From an uncultured delta proteobacterium (lineage in GTDB: Bacteria; Desulfobacterota; Binatia; UBA9968), in contig CAWFJP010000001.1 of NCBI GenBank assembly GCA_963816145.1, forward strand, positions 32,001 through 96,000: a stretch of 64,000 bases of DNA. The letters run 5' to 3'. This document shows positions 60,039 to 64,000 of the stretch, piece by piece. The translations under genes were made by a program, and so were the position numbers. The notes under the pieces are model-generated. The model was given only the letters and a program-made list of their open reading frames with translations, was not told the DNA's origin and did not search any database. Within the stretch, counting starts at the first letter, position 1, and every line of letters starts with the position of its first letter.

Positions 60039-60467
60039 ATGTCACTACAACCCTACTGCCGCAAACCAGTGATCAAGATTTCACCCGAAACCAGCATCAC
60101 CGAAGCCTGCCATTTGATGGAGCAAAACAACGTCGGCTCTCTGGTCGCTGAGAAAAACGGCAAACTTTGCGGCATCGTCACCGACCGCGATATCGCCCTG
60201 CGTGTCGCCGGGGCCAAGCGCGATCCGGACAAGACCACCGTCAAAGACATCATGACACCGGATCCGATCCGCATCTCGGTCGACAAGGACCTGCATCATT
60301 TGACCGCGCTGATGCATGCCTACCATGTCCGGCGCGTGCCGATCGTCAACGGCTTCGACACCACGCTCGGCATCGTTACACTGGACGACTTGATCGCCCA
60401 GTTGGGCGATCAAATGGCGGATATCGGCAAAGCGATCTCCGAAGAGTTTCTCCAGGGCAATGCTTAG
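60039..60467 (+). CDS. CBS domain protein (Hrp1/Rv2626c-like)
   Basis: GIVTDRDIALRV, VRRVPIV and GIVTLDDL motifs. Confidence 0.88.
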   Translation: MSLQPYCRKPVIKISPETSITEACHLMEQNNVGSLVAEKNGKLCGIVTDRDIALRVAGAKRDPDKTTVKDIMTPDPIRISVDKDLHHLTALMHAYHVRRVPIVNGFDTTLGIVTLDDLIAQLGDQMADIGKAISEEFLQGNA

Positions 60468-60512
60468 CTTCCATGCGATCGAAGCACGGCGGCACGAACC
60501 AAGGAGCCGATT

Positions 60513-60788
60513 ATGTCGGAAGTCATCCAAGCACTGCGCGACGAGCATCAGCTCTTGCGGCCGGAGATCGAGAAGCTGCTTTTGGTCGCGGATGGCATCG
60601 GCGAATTGTCGCGCGACCGCCTGCTTGAACTGAATAGGCAGGTTTATGAAAATCTCAAAGCTGAAAAACATCTGGCGATCGTCGAGGGAGCGACCGATCT
60701 GTTTGCGGAGCGCGGGACTTTGCGCCAAGTGGCGCGACTGGCTGCGAATTGGTTCACGCGCCGCCTCGGCAACAAAACAGACCGCTAA
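60513..60788 (+). pseudogene. Chimeric remnant: hemerythrin-like N-terminus fused to dienelactone-hydrolase-like C-terminus
   Basis: LRDEHQLL.P.IE followed by ELNRQ...L..EK.LAIVEGATDLF.E.GTL.QVARLAA.WF. Confidence 0.6.
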
Positions 60789-60818
60789 CACAACCCGTAA
60801 GACCTCGGCGCCGCACCG

Positions 60819-61304
60819 TTAAGCCGCCCACAGCGGCCGCGTTTCGTCGCTCAACAGAGCACGAATCTCCTCGCGATGCTTCGTTGCGTCCGCCTCGATA
60901 CGATCAAGCAAGGCGACGAGCGCCGGGAATTCGGCGCCGATCGCAAGCTTGTCTTCGGCGATTTCCGCGATACAGCGGCGCTCGTCATCAAGATCGCTGC
61001 GCAGATACTCCCAAGGATTATCATGGCTACAATAAAAAGCGGTTACCGTCGGCGGCGTGCCGCCGAGGCCAACGATGTTTTCCTCGATGACACGGACGTG
61101 ATCGGCTTCTTTGGCCGCCATACGCAGTAAGGCCCAGCGGATCTGGTCATCAGCGATTCTCCCGGCGTGCTGGCGAAAGCGCATCACATGCTGCTTCTCG
61201 CGGACGTAGCGATGACACAGCACATCGAGAACCCTATCCCGGGCGTCACCGGTGGCGTTATTCGAGTCCGGGTGAACCGCGAACCCTGTGTTTTGCAGCA
61301 ACAT
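60819..61304 (-). CDS. Ferritin-like di-iron protein
   Basis: RYVREKQH, EADH, DERRC and DATKH four-helix ligand pattern; paralog at 61906. Confidence 0.8.
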   Translation of the reverse strand: MLLQNTGFAVHPDSNNATGDARDRVLDVLCHRYVREKQHVMRFRQHAGRIADDQIRWALLRMAAKEADHVRVIEENIVGLGGTPPTVTAFYCSHDNPWEYLRSDLDDERRCIAEIAEDKLAIGAEFPALVALLDRIEADATKHREEIRALLSDETRPLWAA

Positions 61305-61360
61305 ACCCGACTCCTTTCCGGCAGCTTCCAGACCGCCCTACTTAGCTACCAAAGGATTGA

Positions 61361-61375
61361 GCAAGGACGACACCA
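61361..61375 (-). promoter_or_regulatory. Sigma-54 promoter
   Basis: TGGTG-TCGTCC-TTGC. Confidence 0.65.
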
Positions 61376-61436
61376 AACCGGAATTGATGCCGTCGGGAAG
61401 CTGAAGGGACATCAGTCAATTTGGCGGAGCGACGAT

Positions 61437-61481
61437 TCGCAGAGCCGAGAATAACCCCGGCGTCCGGTATCAGTTCTGCTA
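61437..61481. promoter_or_regulatory. Putative tandem upstream activator sites
   Basis: TCGCA-GAGC-CGAGA (61437) and TATCA-GTTC-TGCTA (61468), 31 bp apart. Confidence 0.55.
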
Positions 61482-61500
61482 ACCCTTCCGCCGTCCACAA

Positions 61501-61632
61501 GAGGCTGTGTCGTAATGCGCAAATGCCCCACATTTGTCATCCCGAGCGCAGCGAGGGATCTCGTGTTTTCAGCCACATACGAAGAAGAGATTTCTCGGCT
61601 TCACCTCGAAATGACAGTTGCGACACAGTCTC
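61501..61632. mobile_element. 132-bp MITE, copy 2 (inverted relative to 14482-14613)
   Basis: Appears identical to the reverse complement of copy 1; 3-bp target duplication CAA. Confidence 0.85.
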
Positions 61633-61786
61633 CAAGTGGAGACAGAGTTGTAAGCGGTTTTCTTCTTGCCCCGTTGCGGCGTATCCCGCTCCCGCTTGAG
61701 GGGGAGGATGAAGCTGGGAGTGCGGTCCTTACCTTACAATGCTATCCGCAATCGTTTGCGCAACCTGCGCAAATCTTCAGAGGACT

Positions 61787-61871
61787 CACCGCGGAGACGC
61801 CGAGCACGCGGAGTAAAGAGATTTTTGATGAAGATCATTCCGAACTCTGCGAACTCTGTGCCTCTGCGGTG
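61787..61871. repeat. Inverted nonamer-type repeat (CACCGCGGAGACGCCGAG...CTCTGTGCCTCTGCGGTG)
   Basis: Imperfect long inverted repeat downstream of the ferritin-like gene. Confidence 0.65.
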
Positions 61872-61905
61872 CCATTCCGTTTTTTTTCGGCGCTGCGACG
61901 TGTTC

Positions 61906-62427
61906 TCACGCCGGCCAGACCGACTGCGGGTCGCTGCGCGCCGCCATATCGCGAATCTCGCTGCGGTGTCTTTCGCCGTCTTCGTAGATCCGTTCGAGCA
62001 TCGCGGCGATATCCGGAAGCTCGTTGCGTACCGTCTGCATTATTTCGATCAAATCGTCCGAGCAGTGTTTTTCTTCCTCAAGATCAGCGAGTAAGTACTG
62101 CCAGCTATTCCTACTCGTCGGCGGCTGCTTCGGCACGTTGGGGATAGTCCCGCCAAACAGCGTGATCTTCTCCGCCAGCCACTCGGCGTGACGCGCCTCA
62201 TCCGCCGCGATACGCAACAGCTTCTCGCGGAACTGCGGATACTGCATCTGTTCGGCGTGCGCGGTATAGCGTCGCACATGCTGCATCTCTTCGACATAAC
62301 GGGAACTGAGAATTTTGATTACATCCCGGTAGCCGCCCGGTGAAACGCCAAGAAACTGCCGCCACCAATCCGACCAGCTTTTCTCATAAGTCATAAGCGC
62401 GACCCTTCCCTCATTAGTTTTCATCAT
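61906..62427 (-). CDS. Ferritin-like di-iron protein (start 62427 or 62394)
   Basis: RYVEEMQH, EARH, EEEKH and DGERH four-helix ligand pattern. Confidence 0.85.
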   Translation of the reverse strand: MMKTNEGRVALMTYEKSWSDWWRQFLGVSPGGYRDVIKILSSRYVEEMQHVRRYTAHAEQMQYPQFREKLLRIAADEARHAEWLAEKITLFGGTIPNVPKQPPTSRNSWQYLLADLEEEKHCSDDLIEIMQTVRNELPDIAAMLERIYEDGERHRSEIRDMAARSDPQSVWPA

Positions 62428-62452
62428 CCTACCCTTCCTACAAATAGCTATA

Positions 62453-62467
62453 GCAAAGGTCGATCCA
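62453..62467 (-). promoter_or_regulatory. Sigma-54 promoter
   Basis: TGGAT-CGACCT-TTGC. Confidence 0.6.
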
Positions 62468-62530
62468 CTCAGCGATATCGAGAATTTCCGGCAAGCAGGC
62501 AGCGGGGCCATCAAAAAGAGTTTAGCTGAT

Positions 62531-62575
62531 TTGCAGAACTGAGAGGCGTTCGGAGTGCTTGTCGCAAAACTGACA
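62531..62575. promoter_or_regulatory. Putative tandem upstream activator sites
   Basis: TTGCA-GAAC-TGAGA (62531) and TCGCA-AAAC-TGACA (62562), 31 bp apart. Confidence 0.65.
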
Positions 62576-62643
62576 AGCACTGTGATTTCCGCTCGTGCCA
62601 GTTTAAATTTTGAATTCGTCGACTGGAAGTCGACTCTTCCTTT

Positions 62644-62752
62644 CGTCATCCCGGCGCAGCGCCTGCCCCGGCCTGATCCCGGGCCGGAATCCAGGTTTTC
62701 TTTGGCCTTCCAACGAAACCGAAGATGGCTGCCGGCCTTCGCCGGCATGACG
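62644..62752. repeat. REP-like doublet
   Basis: CGTCATCCCGGCG...CCGGAATCCAG and GCCGGCCTTCGCCGGCATGACG. Confidence 0.75.
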
Positions 62753-63079
62753 ACTCAAGGGAGGAACCATGGCGTGCTGGGGAGATGCAATCTCATATTC
62801 TCTAGACGAGATTCAGCTCATGGACACTTGTGGTGAGAATATTTCCCCCGTTTGGTTGCGGCGGCGACGAAGCAGGATACTCGTCCCTTCGCGGAACTTG
62901 ATTTCGTTAATTCGATGCTGACCCAAGTGCGTCCGGAATAGTTCGAGTTCTTGGGGTGAGCCGACCAACTGGGTGGCGCCATACAAAACTCTCTGTTTTT
63001 CTTCCGCGCGATCTCCACGCGCTCTTCTTGCCAAGAATGAGAATTCTTGAGTAAAGTAAATATTTAGAATCACCTAATC

Positions 63080-63251
63080 AGTGTGCTGGCCCAGAAGTTC
63101 GCAAAATAAGTCGGAGGTCTTCACATCGTCATGCCGGCGAAAGCCGGCATCCAGGGGCGAGATTGTTCTGGATTCCGGGTCGCGCCAGCTATCGCCAGCT
63201 TGCCCGGAATGACGGATGAATTATGCAGTGAACTTCTGGGTCGGGACGCTA
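63080..63251. mobile_element. MITE with IS630-like TIRs carrying a REP-like doublet
   Basis: AGTGTGCTGGCCCAGAAGTTC / GAACTTCTGGGTCGGGACGCTA around CGTCATGCCGGCGAAAGCCGGCATCCAG...GGAATGACG. Confidence 0.65.
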
Positions 63252-63415
63252 GTTCCGGCAATAAACTATCACGGTAACGCTTTGTCTTAGCGATCCGGCG
63301 CTGTCAGACAGAGATCAACGGTTTTTCTGTTAACCTAACGATCGATGATCTCTCAATTTGCAACGATGACGGTAATCTATTTGAACTATACGCAAACCGA
63401 GCCTATGTGGTGTCT

Positions 63416-64000
63416 ATGACCAAGAAGAAAAAACCGACCGCACGGCCGGCTCAAAAAAAACCCCGGATATCTTCTCGGCATAGAATCTCGACTTCGCCTG
63501 TTGAGAGCAAAAGCCCTCTCATCGTCGGCATCGGCGCTTCCGCGGGCGGATTGAGAGCGTTCGAGCAATTCTTCACCCAGATGCCGCCTGACGGCGGCAT
63601 GGCTTTCATTCTGGTTCTTCATCTGGACCCGACCCATGTCAGCATGCTCCCTGAGCTATTGAGAAAATTTACCCAGATGCCAATCCGGCAGGCCGAGGAT
63701 GGCGCGAAGGTTGAGGCCAACACGATCCACATCATTCCGCCAAACAAGAAGATGGCCATAAAGCATGGCACGCTGGTTATCACCGAGCCCACCGAGCCGC
63801 GCGGTTTGCGGCTGCCCATCGATACATTTTTCCGCTCACTGGCCGAAGACCAAGGCAGTAACGCGATTGGCATTATCCTTTCCGGAACCGGTACCGATGG
63901 GACACTGGGATTGAAAGCAATTAAGCACGCCGGCGGTCTGGTCATCGCCCAGGACTTGGCATCGGCCGAATTCGACGGCATGCCAAGAAGCGCCATCGGG
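63416..64000 (+). CDS. cheB: CheB methylesterase domain, probably the N-terminus of a CheB/CheR-PAS fusion (3' truncated by window)
   Basis: Manual translation gives IVGIGASAGGL, VLHLDP, PIDTFFRSLA and GIILSGTGTDG. Confidence 0.85.
   Translation, partial: MTKKKKPTARPAQKKPRISSRHRISTSPVESKSPLIVGIGASAGGLRAFEQFFTQMPPDGGMAFILVLHLDPTHVSMLPELLRKFTQMPIRQAEDGAKVEANTIHIIPPNKKMAIKHGTLVITEPTEPRGLRLPIDTFFRSLAEDQGSNAIGIILSGTGTDGTLGLKAIKHAGGLVIAQDLASAEFDGMPRSAIG

Noticed and set aside
61515-62147. ORF sharing a peptide with 14402-14647 (MRKCPTFVIPSAARDL)
   Set aside because: The shared peptide is just the translated MITE, not a protein family.
62428-62748. Long N-terminal extension of the ferritin-like ORF
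   Set aside because: It runs through the REP doublet and promoter region; the paralog indicates a start near 62427-62394.
62813-63073. 86-aa ORF between two repeat elements
   Set aside because: No recognisable motif or RBS.

Overview
A GC-rich bacterial region; gene style suggests a Candidatus Binatia / deltaproteobacterial-type genome (inference). Almost the whole window reads as one sigma-54-controlled low-oxygen/dormancy island. I found by eye 22 correctly oriented -24/-12 promoter motifs and 12 tandem pairs of a degenerate palindrome (~TbkCA-N4-yGvvA), 9 of them exactly 31 bp apart. The window also encodes a plausible controller: a FixL-type heme-PAS histidine kinase next to an NtrC/AtoC-type sigma-54 activator whose own upstream region carries the palindrome pair. 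The cargo resembles the mycobacterial DosR regulon: archease-RtcB, five CBS proteins, a USP, a phosphoribosyltransferase and ferritin-like proteins. It also includes BON, SPFH, Cfa, GlgP, an acyl-CoA dehydratase activase, five c-type cytochromes, Mla/Tam envelope genes and an archaeal-type orphan DnaK. Other notable elements are two paralogous ~68-aa proteins I do not recognise, a 36-aa membrane peptide, a stand-alone AEP primase-polymerase with a Cys-rich C-terminus, several deletion scars (zwf, FBP aldolase/phosphatase, hemerythrin::hydrolase) and REP-like doublets packaged in MITE shells of different IS families. No rRNA, tRNA or CRISPR array was seen. All calls are by-eye motif recognition with no database search, and several frameshifts may be sequencing errors.
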